From the NCBI GenBank assembly GCA_965220965.1, contig OZ244852.1:1536001-1600000 (forward strand): a stretch of DNA of 64,000 nt, written 5' to 3'. Positions 9,415 to 18,828 of this stretch are shown piece by piece. A program made the position numbers and the translations under genes. Each line of letters begins with the position of its first letter. Positions within the stretch are counted from its first letter, which is position 1. A model generated the notes under the pieces. It saw only the letters and a program-made list of their open reading frames with translations, was not told the origin of the DNA and did not search any database. The DNA is from Candidatus Marinacidobacterium sp. Lineage in GTDB: Bacteria; Acidobacteriota; Vicinamibacteria; Marinacidobacterales; Marinacidobacteraceae.

Positions 9415-9487
9415 CGGATGACCTCCTTGGTCGTTCTATCGGTAGACCCACCCGGCATGCGCGAGTATGCCTCGCTTCGCCGCCAGC

Positions 9488-9841
9488 CTACTCCACGAGC
9501 GCCTTGAACGCCGCGTGCGCGGCGTTCGAATCGAACTCGACGCTGATTCGCGTCCAGAGGTTGGCCGGCAGGCCGAACAGCTCCTTTCTCGCTCAGATCG
9601 GCATCAGCAGCTCCACGGCGAGCTCGGGGATCTCGCCCGGCCTTGGGAGCCCCTCCACCGAGCCCCCGAGGTTCAGCGCGCCGACCAGGATGGCCCCACC
9701 GCAGACGCTCCGCTCCACAGGCCCCCAACGAAAGCGCCAAGTGCCGACAGTCCGAGTCCTGTCCCCCGCGGCGTTGAACTCAGGCGCGCTCTTCTCTCCG
9801 AGCTGGATCTCGCTGAGCAGCGCCCGCGCGGTGCTATTCAT
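9488..9841 (-). pseudogene. Degenerate AlbA_2 (Schlafen-like) domain fragment, interrupted by TGA at 9595-9593
   Basis: IQLGEKSAPEF and GGAILVG...GSVEGL resemble AlbA_2 motifs. The frame stays coding-like after the TGA (ARKELFGLPANLWTRISVEFD...) until TAG at 9490-9488. Confidence 0.45.
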
Positions 9842-10643
9842 CGTCGCCGTCCGGCGAGGGATCCGCAGGCCGGAGATCGAGCGTCACCCTGACCCAGGCA
9901 CCCTCCCGGTTCTCCTCGATCAGCGGTTCCCTGCCGTTGGATTCCTGCATCGCGCGCTTGATGGACAGCCAGCCCTGGCCGCGCCTCCTCATCAGCCCCA
10001 TGCCCACGGCGTAATTCGTCATGTCGATGTTCCGGAGACGTGAGCCCGCTCCCGCCCGGACGCGGTGGAGAGTCATGTGCCGGGGAACGACACCGGGGCT
10101 CGTGACCTCGATCCGGTTCCGGAAGACATCCACTTCAACGGACGATGCTGTGAGTGCGTAGTCCCGGTGGAACACCGCATTCACGACGGCCTCCCGAAGC
10201 GCCATGACCGGCAGCACATCGCCAGCGGCGTGTCGCGGATCGAAGAGGTCCGCTCGCTCAGCCAGGCGCTCCAGCCAGTCCATCGTCCCGGTGACCTGCT
10301 CGTCCAGCCGCCCGCCCGCCTCCATCGCGAGAAGTACGCCGGACTCCCGGCTCTCGCCACGGTACGCGGTGTTCCGGACGAGAAACCTCCGCGTCTCAGG
10401 GAATCCCTGTGGTTCGCGGCCGAACGCGAGGACCCCGAAGACGGTCGGCCCGTGTGTCCCGAAGAACTCTCCCGTGACTCCCAGGTTCTCGTAGTCCTCC
10501 AGCAGGGGAGGTTGCTCAATTCGTATGCCAGTCAGACCCCTTCGCTCCAGATAGTCCCGAAAACAATCCTCGTCGAGGTCCTTCACTCGCGCACCGTAGA
10601 TCGTCGCGTCCTCCGAGAAGGGAGGAGCGGGCCCGATCATCAC
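9834..10643 (-). CDS. HATPase_c_4 ('RecG C-terminal'-like) ATP-binding domain protein lacking the N-terminal AlbA domain
   Basis: ALREAVVNAVFHRDY, VDVFRNRIEVTSPG, RN, GLM...G.G. Strong GGAGGAGG RBS just before GTG/ATG at 10643/10640. Confidence 0.75.
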   Translation of the reverse strand: MMIGPAPPFSEDATIYGARVKDLDEDCFRDYLERRGLTGIRIEQPPLLEDYENLGVTGEFFGTHGPTVFGVLAFGREPQGFPETRRFLVRNTAYRGESRESGVLLAMEAGGRLDEQVTGTMDWLERLAERADLFDPRHAAGDVLPVMALREAVVNAVFHRDYALTASSVEVDVFRNRIEVTSPGVVPRHMTLHRVRAGAGSRLRNIDMTNYAVGMGLMRRRGQGWLSIKRAMQESNGREPLIEENREGAWVRVTLDLRPADPSPDGDDE

Positions 10644-10918
10644 CGCCTCCTCCTCCCCCCTCCAACGAATATGGGAAGGGGGCACGGCGTTCAGGTGATG
10701 GCCAGGTTCGCGAGCTGGCCGGCTGGGCCTCGTCCGGCGTTCGTCCGGCTGGCGGTCGTTCGGACGAGCGGAATCGATTTCAGCGACGCCCGGAGGGCCG
10801 GCGCCCTTCCGTTCGCCACCGCCAATACATGAACTGAACCTGGAGCACTCCTCGAGGGACGGTAACTCACAAGTGGTTCGATGCGGGGCTCGGCGCGCGG
10901 GCTACGCTCCGGGGCGCG

Positions 10919-12796
10919 ATGCCCTACCGGTCGCTGGCGGAGGCGGTTTCCGACCTGGAACGTCACCGGATGCTCGTTCGGGTTTCCGAGGAGGTCTCCG
11001 GTCATCTCGAGGTCGCCGAGGTGCAGCGGCGCGTCTATGCGGCGAAGGGTCCCGCCGTGCTCTTCGAGCGGGTCACCGGCTCTGCGTTTCCCTGCGTCTC
11101 GAATCTGTTCGGGACGCCGGAGCGGGCTCGCTTTCTGTTGCGCCACGGGCTGGAGGCGGCGAAGGCCGCCGTCCGCTACCGGGCCGCGCCGGGTCGGCTC
11201 TTCCAGGACCTCCTGCGCGAACCGCGGACGCCGCTGCGCGCGGCTTCGGCCGGGATCAATTCCCTGCCCCGGCGGGTCCGCCGACCGGCGAGCCAGGCCC
11301 GCCAGCTTTCGCTTGCGGAGGTTCCTCGCATCACCTCGTGGCCGGATGACGGCGGCCCGTTCATCACGCTGCCGCAGGTCTTCACCGAGCCTCCCGACCC
11401 CCGGCCCGGGCCGCTCGGCGCGCCGCTCTCCTCGAACGTCGGGATGTACCGGATCCAGCTCGCCGGGAACGAATACGGCCCCGACGAGGCCGGGATGCAC
11501 TACCAGCTCCACCGCGGCATCGGGATCCACCACACCGAGGCGGAGCGGCGCGGTGAGGCGATGCGGGTCAGCATCTTCGTGGGGGGGCCGCCGGCGCACA
11601 CCCTCGCGGCGGTCATGCCGCTGCCCGAGGGGCTCAGCGAGCTCCTGTTCGCCGGAATGCTCGCCGGGAGGCGGTTCGGCTGGAACCGGCGCGAGGACGG
11701 GTTCGTGGTCTCGGCCGACGCCGACTTCACGATCACCGGGTTCGTCGAGCCGGGCCGGACGCTGCCCGAGGGTCCGTTCGGCGATCACCTCGGCTACTAC
11801 AGCCTGACCCATCCCTTCCCGGTGCTGCGCGTCACGCGGGTGACCCACCGCCAGGGAGCGGTCTGGCCCTTCACCGTCGTCGGGCGGCCGCCCCAGGAGG
11901 ACACGACCTTCGGGCAGCTCATCCACGAGATCACCGAGCCCATGGTCCCGACGACGCTGCCCGGCGTCCACTCGGTCCACGCGGTGGACGCCGCCGGGGT
12001 GCACCCCCTGCTGTTCGCAGTGGGCAGCGAGCGCTACTCGCCCTTCACCGGGCGGCGGCCGCAGGAGCTGTGGACCATCGCCAACGCGATCCTCGGCTTC
12101 GGGCAGTGCTCGCTGGCGAAGTACCTGTTCATCGCGGCGCGGGAGGACGACCCCGACCTTCGGGCCGGCGATGTGGCCGGCATGCTGGATCACGTCCTCC
12201 GCCGGGCGGATCTCGCGAGTGACCTCCACTTCCAGACCCGGACCACGATCGACACGCTCGACTACTCGGGGGAGGGGCTGAACGCCGGCTCGAAGCTCGT
12301 CATCGCCGGGGCCGGTCCGGAGCGCCGGAAACTCGTTTCCCGGGCGCCCGGGCCGGTGGCGGCGGGCCTTCCCGCCGGATTCGGGGGGCTCGCCTCGGTC
12401 CTCCCCGGCGTCTTCGTCCTCGGTGGGCCCGGCTTCTCCTCCTACGACGCGGTGGATTCGGATCTCGCGCCGCTGTGGGAAGCGCTCGACGCCGCCGAGC
12501 GCGGGGGCGCGGACCTCACCGGCATGCCGCTGGTCGTGCTGTGCGACGACCCGGCGTTCGCCGCCGAGAGCCTGCGGAACTTCCTGTGGGTCACGTTCAC
12601 CCGCTCGAATCCCTCACACGATGTCCACGGCCGGCGGGCGCGGATCCGCCACAAGCACTGGAGCGCGGTGGAGCCGGTCCTGATCGATGCGCGGCTCAAG
12701 CCGCACCACGCCCCGCCGCTGATCGAGGACCCGGAGGTCAACCGCCGGGTCGACGCGCTCGCCGCTCCCGGCCGTCCCCTCCACGGAGTGATCTGA
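10919..12796 (+). CDS. UbiD family (prFMN-dependent) decarboxylase
   Basis: DGGPFITLP, NVGMYRIQ, PEGPFGDHLGYY, VGRPPQED, DTLDYSG. Confidence 0.9.
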   Translation: MPYRSLAEAVSDLERHRMLVRVSEEVSGHLEVAEVQRRVYAAKGPAVLFERVTGSAFPCVSNLFGTPERARFLLRHGLEAAKAAVRYRAAPGRLFQDLLREPRTPLRAASAGINSLPRRVRRPASQARQLSLAEVPRITSWPDDGGPFITLPQVFTEPPDPRPGPLGAPLSSNVGMYRIQLAGNEYGPDEAGMHYQLHRGIGIHHTEAERRGEAMRVSIFVGGPPAHTLAAVMPLPEGLSELLFAGMLAGRRFGWNRREDGFVVSADADFTITGFVEPGRTLPEGPFGDHLGYYSLTHPFPVLRVTRVTHRQGAVWPFTVVGRPPQEDTTFGQLIHEITEPMVPTTLPGVHSVHAVDAAGVHPLLFAVGSERYSPFTGRRPQELWTIANAILGFGQCSLAKYLFIAAREDDPDLRAGDVAGMLDHVLRRADLASDLHFQTRTTIDTLDYSGEGLNAGSKLVIAGAGPERRKLVSRAPGPVAAGLPAGFGGLASVLPGVFVLGGPGFSSYDAVDSDLAPLWEALDAAERGGADLTGMPLVVLCDDPAFAAESLRNFLWVTFTRSNPSHDVHGRRARIRHKHWSAVEPVLIDARLKPHHAPPLIEDPEVNRRVDALAAPGRPLHGVI

Positions 12797-12841
12797 CCGG
12801 CGAGTGCGGGGCAGTGCGGCCCCGCCGCCAACGCGTGATTC

Positions 12842-15064
12842 TTACGGAGCTTCTCCGAGGTTCCAGACGATGGTTCCCACCACGATCCGCCCGGGGGCGA
12901 GCACGGCCCGCGCATCGGCGCTGATCGGGTAGGCGGCGTTCAGCAGGTTCCGGCCGGAGACGCGCAGTTCCGCGCCCTCGCTGAGCGGGACCCCGACCGC
13001 GGCGTCCACCCGGGCGTAGGCGTCCATCTCGGTTTCGGTGGGGCCGGGTTCGCCGTCGGCGGCGAAGGCGTGGACCACGAGTTCGGCGAAGGCCCGCTCG
13101 CGCAGGATTCGCCGGAGGCCGGCGCGAACGCTCGCGGGAGGCACGCCGTCGAGCGCGTCGCCATTCCCGGCGACGCCGGTGGCGAGCGATGCCCCGAGGT
13201 CGAGCCCGAATCTCCCGCCGGAGCCCTCGAGCTGCATCTCGAACTCGAGGCCCGAAAGGAGCGCCTCGCCCCGGTTCCGGAAGTGGTAGCGGTCCACGCC
13301 CATCTCGTAGCGCTCGACCAGATCGCGGATCCGGTAGCGGTAGGCGTGGAACCCGAGCCGGGCGGCGCCCTGGACGATCCGGAAGGAGACATCGGACTGC
13401 AGCGAGCGTTCCGGGCGGAGGTCCGGGTTCCCGAAGGCCGCGCCGCGGCCGCTGACGCCGGTGTAGTAGCGGTCGGAGAGCGTCGGATCCCGGAAACCGC
13501 GGGAGAGCTGCCCGGTGAGCGACCCGCCCCGGAAGATGTCGGCCCGCAGCGCCACGAACCCGCTCAGCGCCCCGTGCTCGGTGCGGTGCGGCGAGCGCGC
13601 CTCCGACGGACCCGAGCGGGTGGCGACGCCGGCGAGGCGAACGCCGCCGCTGCCGGAGAGCGCGTTGTGGAAGCGGTTCTCGGCGTGCGCGTAGAGCGAG
13701 AGCTCCTCCCGGTGCGCGCCGTCGAGAAGCGACCGGAACACCGGTCGGCCGTCCTCGCCCGGATGGATTTCCGGGCCGGGGAAGAGGGGGAACGCCTCGT
13801 TCCCGGAGAGCCGCGTCGAGGAGCCGAGGCCGAAGCGCGACAGGAACTCGAGCCCGAGTTCGAGGCGTCCCTCGCCCAGCGGCCGGACGCCGCGCGTCCG
13901 GAACATGAAGTCGCGCGCCTCGACCTCGGAGTCGGCGACGGAAGAGCCCACCGGGTCACCCGACTCGCGGCGGGTCACGAGGCGCTGCGCGCCGAGGAAC
14001 ATCGTGGCGTCCAGCCGCGCGAACCCCCACCGGGGCAGCAACTGATAGTCGGCCACCAGCCGGGTCGAGTCCTCCACCGGATACGACGTGCGCGAGGGCG
14101 TGAGCCGGGGCCGGCCGACATTCCGCCCGGCGTCCACCTGGACCGAGGTCGCGAGGACGCCGCCCGCGACATCACGGACTCCCCGGAGCAGGAACCCGTA
14201 GTCCTCGGCGCCCGAACCGGCGACCACGCCCTCCGGGCTGCGGTAATCGGAGAACACCCGGCGGCGCGCCTGCGCCAGCAGGCCGGTCCCGAGGGCGGAG
14301 CCGGACGCCTCGACCCCGAAACTGGTCTCCGGCAGGCCCGTCCCCAGCGTCCCCCGGAACCGGGCGGCGAAGGGATCGTCGGGCGATGGCCGGCGGGTCC
14401 GCGCGTGGATCACGCCGCCGAAGGCGTCGGAGCCGTAGGCCACCGGCGATGGCCCCCGCACGACCTCGACCGCCTCGAGGAAGAACGGGTCGAGGAACGT
14501 GGCGCTCGGCCCGGCCCGGCGCTCGGTCACGATCCGCGCCCCGTCGAGGAGCAGCACCGTCCGTCCCCGGGAGAGACCGCGGATCGAGGGGACGCCGGCG
14601 TGGAGGTCGCTGCTCCGCCCGCCACCGGGAACCGCTTCGAGCACATCGGTCAGCCGGGGCGCCTGGCGGGTGCGGATGGACTCTCCCCGGATAACCGCCG
14701 GGGCGCTCCCCGGCGTGGCTTCGGTGTGGGGAACGGCCCCGCTGGTGACCGTCACCGTCTCGGTCAGCGCCAGCGGCTCCACCCGGATCTCGGACGCGTC
14801 CTCGAGCGACTCGAGGAAGACGGGTGCGGTGTATCGCTCCCCGGGGAGCACGACGAGCACGTGGAAGGGGGGCGCCGGCGCGGGCGTCCACTCGAACCGG
14901 CCGTCGGCGTCGGTCGTGGCCGACCCCGGGACCCCCAGCACCTGGACGATGGCGCCGACCGCCGGCTCGCCATCGGGAAGCAGGACCCGCCCCTCGAACG
15001 CCGCCGCCGGGACGGCGAGGAGGACCGCGGCGCTCAGACCGGGGAGCAGTCGCCGCGCGCTCAT
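12842..15064 (-). CDS. TonB-dependent receptor
   Basis: Signal peptide MSARRLL..., carboxypeptidase-regulatory-like N-domain, ETVTVT TonB box, plug IRG..LLDG..VEVVRGP..YGS.AFGGVI, NP.L.PE, NLLN..Y. Confidence 0.88.
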   Translation of the reverse strand: MSARRLLPGLSAAVLLAVPAAAFEGRVLLPDGEPAVGAIVQVLGVPGSATTDADGRFEWTPAPAPPFHVLVVLPGERYTAPVFLESLEDASEIRVEPLALTETVTVTSGAVPHTEATPGSAPAVIRGESIRTRQAPRLTDVLEAVPGGGRSSDLHAGVPSIRGLSRGRTVLLLDGARIVTERRAGPSATFLDPFFLEAVEVVRGPSPVAYGSDAFGGVIHARTRRPSPDDPFAARFRGTLGTGLPETSFGVEASGSALGTGLLAQARRRVFSDYRSPEGVVAGSGAEDYGFLLRGVRDVAGGVLATSVQVDAGRNVGRPRLTPSRTSYPVEDSTRLVADYQLLPRWGFARLDATMFLGAQRLVTRRESGDPVGSSVADSEVEARDFMFRTRGVRPLGEGRLELGLEFLSRFGLGSSTRLSGNEAFPLFPGPEIHPGEDGRPVFRSLLDGAHREELSLYAHAENRFHNALSGSGGVRLAGVATRSGPSEARSPHRTEHGALSGFVALRADIFRGGSLTGQLSRGFRDPTLSDRYYTGVSGRGAAFGNPDLRPERSLQSDVSFRIVQGAARLGFHAYRYRIRDLVERYEMGVDRYHFRNRGEALLSGLEFEMQLEGSGGRFGLDLGASLATGVAGNGDALDGVPPASVRAGLRRILRERAFAELVVHAFAADGEPGPTETEMDAYARVDAAVGVPLSEGAELRVSGRNLLNAAYPISADARAVLAPGRIVVGTIVWNLGEAP

Positions 15065-15096
15065 GCCCGTGAATCTAGCCGCCGAAACCGTTCTCC

Positions 15097-16632
15097 CTAC
15101 TTCCTGCCTCGGGCTACCGCAAAGGCGGCGCCGAAGAGACCCGAGATCACCGCCAGCACGACGACGCCTCCGACCTGCACCCAGTCCTCGAAGGCCGCCG
15201 GGTTCAGCAGCGGCGCGAGCCCGGCGGTGATCCGGAAACCGGCCTCCGGTTCGAGCCGCATCGCCTTGAGCGCCCCGAGGCCTACCGCGAAGGCGAACAC
15301 AACGCCGCCGCCGAGGAACGCCGAGACCGCGAACCGGCGCCAGATCCCGGCGGTGAGCGTGACAACGGCCGACTCGGCCGAGCCCCCGAGCCGGATCTTC
15401 GGATCGCGGACCCCGATCGGCGAGAAGCGATGGAGGAGGACGAGCCCGGGAATGCCCATCGCCATCGTCGATAGGAAGAAGGTTCGCCAGCCGATGGCGT
15501 CCACCGCGAACCCGCTGAACGGCCCGGCGAGCAGGCGGGGCAGCGCGAAGAGCCCCGAGAACAGCGCGTACTGGGTCGCGGAGAACCGCTTTTCGGTGAT
15601 GCGCAGCAGGAGCACCGAGAACGCTCCGGTGCCGAGCCCGCCGCTCAGCAGCTCGAATGCGGAGGCCCCGTACATCCAGGCGAGGCTCCCCTCGGCGCTG
15701 GCGACGAAGAAATACCCGAGGTTCGAGAAGACCTGGAGCGCCCCGAAGATCCAAAGCGCCGGCCCCAGCCCGACGAGGGTCGTGAACACGCCGCCGGCGA
15801 AGGTGCCGACAAGGGTGGCGGCGAGGCCGACGGTCCCGAGGGCGATGCCGCGGTGCGCCGCGGTGTAGCCCATGTCGATGAGAAACGGGCGGGTAAGCGC
15901 CTGGGCGAGGTTGTCGGCGAACTTGTAGAAGAAGACGAACGCGAGGATCTCGAAGGCCCGCGGACGCGAGAGCGCCTCGAGGAACGGCTTCCACACCGCG
16001 TCGCGGAGCGTCCTCGGCGGGATGAGCCGCTCCTCGGGCTCGGGTGAGCGCCAGGTGATGAGCAGCAGCGGCAGGTAGATGAGGCCGAGGAAGATGTTCA
16101 CCACGCCCCAGCCGAAGACCGCCGCGAGGCTGATCGCGCCGCCCCCGGCGACGAGCATCGCGGCGCGGTAGACCGCGACCCGCGCCCCGACGGCCACCCC
16201 GTGCTCCTCGGGACGCAGCACCTCGACCGCGTAGGCGTCGAGGGCGATGTCCTGCGACGCCGAGGCGATCGCCACCGCGAGGGCGAGCGCCGCCACCACC
16301 CAGATCGCCTCCGGATGGTCCCCGACTCCGCCGAGGAGCACGCCGAGCACGAGGAGCCCGACCTGGCAGACCGCGATCCAGCCGCGCCTTCGACCCCAGA
16401 ACCCGGGGATGTAGCGGTCCATGAACGGCGACCACAGGACCTTGAAGGCCCACGGGATCTGGGCGAGGTTGAACAGACCCACGATCCGGATGTCGACGCC
16501 CACGTCGCGCATCCAGTCCGGGATCGCGTACCAGACGAGCCCGAGAGGCAGCCCCGAGGAGAACGAGAGGAGCGAGACCGAGAGCGTTCGCCCCGAGCGC
16601 GCCGCCGCCAGCAGCGAGCGAAGACCCGTCAT
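15097..16632 (-). CDS. ampG: AmpG-family muropeptide MFS permease
   Basis: FSSGLP, PWAFKVLWSP..DR, GRRRGW, SASQDIALDAY, ATQYALFS. Confidence 0.88.
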   Translation of the reverse strand: MTGLRSLLAAARSGRTLSVSLLSFSSGLPLGLVWYAIPDWMRDVGVDIRIVGLFNLAQIPWAFKVLWSPFMDRYIPGFWGRRRGWIAVCQVGLLVLGVLLGGVGDHPEAIWVVAALALAVAIASASQDIALDAYAVEVLRPEEHGVAVGARVAVYRAAMLVAGGGAISLAAVFGWGVVNIFLGLIYLPLLLITWRSPEPEERLIPPRTLRDAVWKPFLEALSRPRAFEILAFVFFYKFADNLAQALTRPFLIDMGYTAAHRGIALGTVGLAATLVGTFAGGVFTTLVGLGPALWIFGALQVFSNLGYFFVASAEGSLAWMYGASAFELLSGGLGTGAFSVLLLRITEKRFSATQYALFSGLFALPRLLAGPFSGFAVDAIGWRTFFLSTMAMGIPGLVLLHRFSPIGVRDPKIRLGGSAESAVVTLTAGIWRRFAVSAFLGGGVVFAFAVGLGALKAMRLEPEAGFRITAGLAPLLNPAAFEDWVQVGGVVVLAVISGLFGAAFAVARGRK

Positions 16633-18068
16633 CCGGCGTCGCCCTCGCGGAGGAGGCGCAGGCGATGGACCAGAGTCCCGACCGCCGCCGTCGCGAGCGA
16701 ACCGGCGAGCACGTCCCAGGTCCAGGCCAGCGGGAACCCGGCGAGGCGCACCGCGGCGGGGGCGAGGAAGCCCGCCCCCATCCCCGCGAGCACCGCGCCC
16801 GAGGAGGTGCGCGGGGCGAACAGCGCCAGCCCGAAGGCCCCCACCGTGGGACCCGACGCGTAGGAGAGGACCGAGAGGCCGGCCTCGAGCGCCGAGGGGG
16901 CGCGCTGGGCGATGAGCGCCACGACGGTCTGGACCAGCCCCCAGACGACGACGAACTGCCGTCCCACCCGGACCTGACGCCCTCGCGCGCTCTCCGCCCC
17001 CTCGCGCCGGGTGCGCCACGGCAGCCAGAAATCGCGGACGGTGGTCGAGGCGAGGCTCACCAGCGAGGGCGAGAGCGCGGCGGCCACGACCGCCGCGAGC
17101 GTGATCCCCGCTCCGACCCCGCCGATGTTCTCGGCGACGAACGTCGGGAGGACCTCATCGGGCCGGGCGAACTCGCGGCCGCCGTAGACGCTCCACAGCC
17201 ACGCGCCGATGCCGAGGAACAGGCAGAACTGGACGAGGGCGCCGACGCCGGAGAGCACGAGGCCCACCTGGGCGTGCCGCAGCGAGCGCGCCGCAAGCAG
17301 CCGCTGGGCGAGGTACTGGTCCGCCCCGTGGGTCGCAAAGGTGAGGAATGCGCCGCCGAGCACGCCGGCGAAGATGGTGTAGGGGACACTCAGGTCGAGG
17401 CTCGGGACGAGCACCCGGAACTTCCCGGCTTCGGAGGCCGCCCCGACCCACTCGAAGCCGCCGCCGGAGCCCTCCATCCCGGAAAGCGCGAGGACGATGA
17501 CCCCGGCGCCCGCCAGGTAGACCGCGAGCTGGATCGTGTCGGTCCAGATCGTGGCCCGCACGCCGCCCTCCTCGGAGAACGCGACCATCGCGGCGGCGAG
17601 CGCGAGGATGCACCACCACTCCGGGACCCCGGCGACGATCGACACCATGAGCGCCGCGGCGTGGAGCCGGACCCCGTCCGCCAGGTTGCGGTAGACGAGG
17701 AAGATCGCCGCCGCCGCGCTCCTCACCCGCGTCCCGAACCTGTGGAGCAGGAGCTCGTAGGAGGTGACGACCTCGCCGCGGAAGTAGGCGGGCAGCAGCC
17801 AGAACGCGATCCCCACCCGGCCCAGCACGAAGCCCAGCGCGAGCTGGAGGAACCGGAAGTCCCCCTCGTAGGCGAAGCCCGGAACCGAGGTGAAGGTCAG
17901 GACGCTCGTCTCGGTCGCCACGATGCACGCGGCGACCGCCCACCAGGGCGCCGAGCGGCCGGCGAGGAAGAACCCCTGAACTGTCCGGTCCTTCCTCCCG
18001 ATCCAGACCCCGAAGGCGGTGATCGCCGCCAGATACCCCCCGACGATCAGGAGGGTGGCGAGGGACAT
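16629..18068 (-). CDS. Sodium:solute symporter (SSS family)
   Basis: FFLAGR, IVATETS, SYELL..RFG, WTD.IQ, HGADQ...QRLL; multiple TM helices. Confidence 0.88.
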   Translation of the reverse strand: MSLATLLIVGGYLAAITAFGVWIGRKDRTVQGFFLAGRSAPWWAVAACIVATETSVLTFTSVPGFAYEGDFRFLQLALGFVLGRVGIAFWLLPAYFRGEVVTSYELLLHRFGTRVRSAAAAIFLVYRNLADGVRLHAAALMVSIVAGVPEWWCILALAAAMVAFSEEGGVRATIWTDTIQLAVYLAGAGVIVLALSGMEGSGGGFEWVGAASEAGKFRVLVPSLDLSVPYTIFAGVLGGAFLTFATHGADQYLAQRLLAARSLRHAQVGLVLSGVGALVQFCLFLGIGAWLWSVYGGREFARPDEVLPTFVAENIGGVGAGITLAAVVAAALSPSLVSLASTTVRDFWLPWRTRREGAESARGRQVRVGRQFVVVWGLVQTVVALIAQRAPSALEAGLSVLSYASGPTVGAFGLALFAPRTSSGAVLAGMGAGFLAPAAVRLAGFPLAWTWDVLAGSLATAAVGTLVHRLRLLREGDAG

Positions 18069-18108
18069 CCGCGGGGGATTGTGCGCGAAGCCCGGACCAG
18101 CCCGGGCG

Positions 18109-18828
18109 TCAGACCTTCACGATCCGGCCCTTCGAGGTGATCCGGAAGCCGTCGGGGAGGACCTTCTCCACCGCGGGGCGGCGGCCGCGGATCTCCCAGC
18201 CGAAGTCGGCGAAGAGCCCGGCGATTTCGATGCGGACCCGGAGCGAGTCCTCCTCCTCGGCGACCAGCGCTAGGAGCAGCGCTTCGCGGGTCGCCTCGTC
18301 GCGCGCTTCGCGGAGCGCCCGAACCACCGCCAGCCGCACCGTGTCGTCGGCGCTTCCGAGGCAGCGGACGAGGCCTTCCCCGACGCCGGGGACCGGCAGA
18401 CCCGAGACGAAGTCGATGATCTGCGCCGCCTTGGGGCCCCGGATCGTCACCGGATCGCCGTCGCCGAGCACCGAGAACAGGAATTCGGCGAGCTCGGAGT
18501 CGGGGATCAGGGCGCGGAGCGCCTCCATGGCCCAGGTGACCTCGTCGTGGCCGCGCAGGAAGCGCCGCAGTGGTTCGGCCGCCGGAGCGCCGAACTCGAC
18601 GAGCAGGTCGCGGACCCAGCGCTTTTCCTGGTCGTCCTGCTCCAGGTTGCCGGCGGTCATGGTGAACCGGCGCGCCAACTGGTAGATCGCCTCCGGGGTC
18701 CCGGTCGCGACAAGACGGTCGGCGGCGGCGGCGCGGGCCTCGGGCTGGGCGTAGCGCTGGGTGAGCGTCTTCGCCGCCCGTCGCACCCGGGCGGCCTCCC
18801 GGCCCTTGCTGCTGAGCAGCTCGAGCAT
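18109..18828 (-). CDS. HEAT-repeat protein
   Basis: Helical repeats (D.TVRLAVVRAL, DSLRVR). Start MLELLS overlaps the upstream stop. Confidence 0.65.
   Translation of the reverse strand: MLELLSSKGREAARVRRAAKTLTQRYAQPEARAAAADRLVATGTPEAIYQLARRFTMTAGNLEQDDQEKRWVRDLLVEFGAPAAEPLRRFLRGHDEVTWAMEALRALIPDSELAEFLFSVLGDGDPVTIRGPKAAQIIDFVSGLPVPGVGEGLVRCLGSADDTVRLAVVRALREARDEATREALLLALVAEEEDSLRVRIEIAGLFADFGWEIRGRRPAVEKVLPDGFRITSKGRIVKV

Noticed and set aside
9593-9595. Selenocysteine or programmed readthrough at the TGA
   Set aside because: No redox motif context or clear SECIS; pseudogenisation is the simpler explanation.
15065-16453. Apparent 1203-aa TonB receptor
   Set aside because: The upstream part overlaps ampG in another frame and is Arg/Gly-rich noise; the signal peptide starts at 15064.
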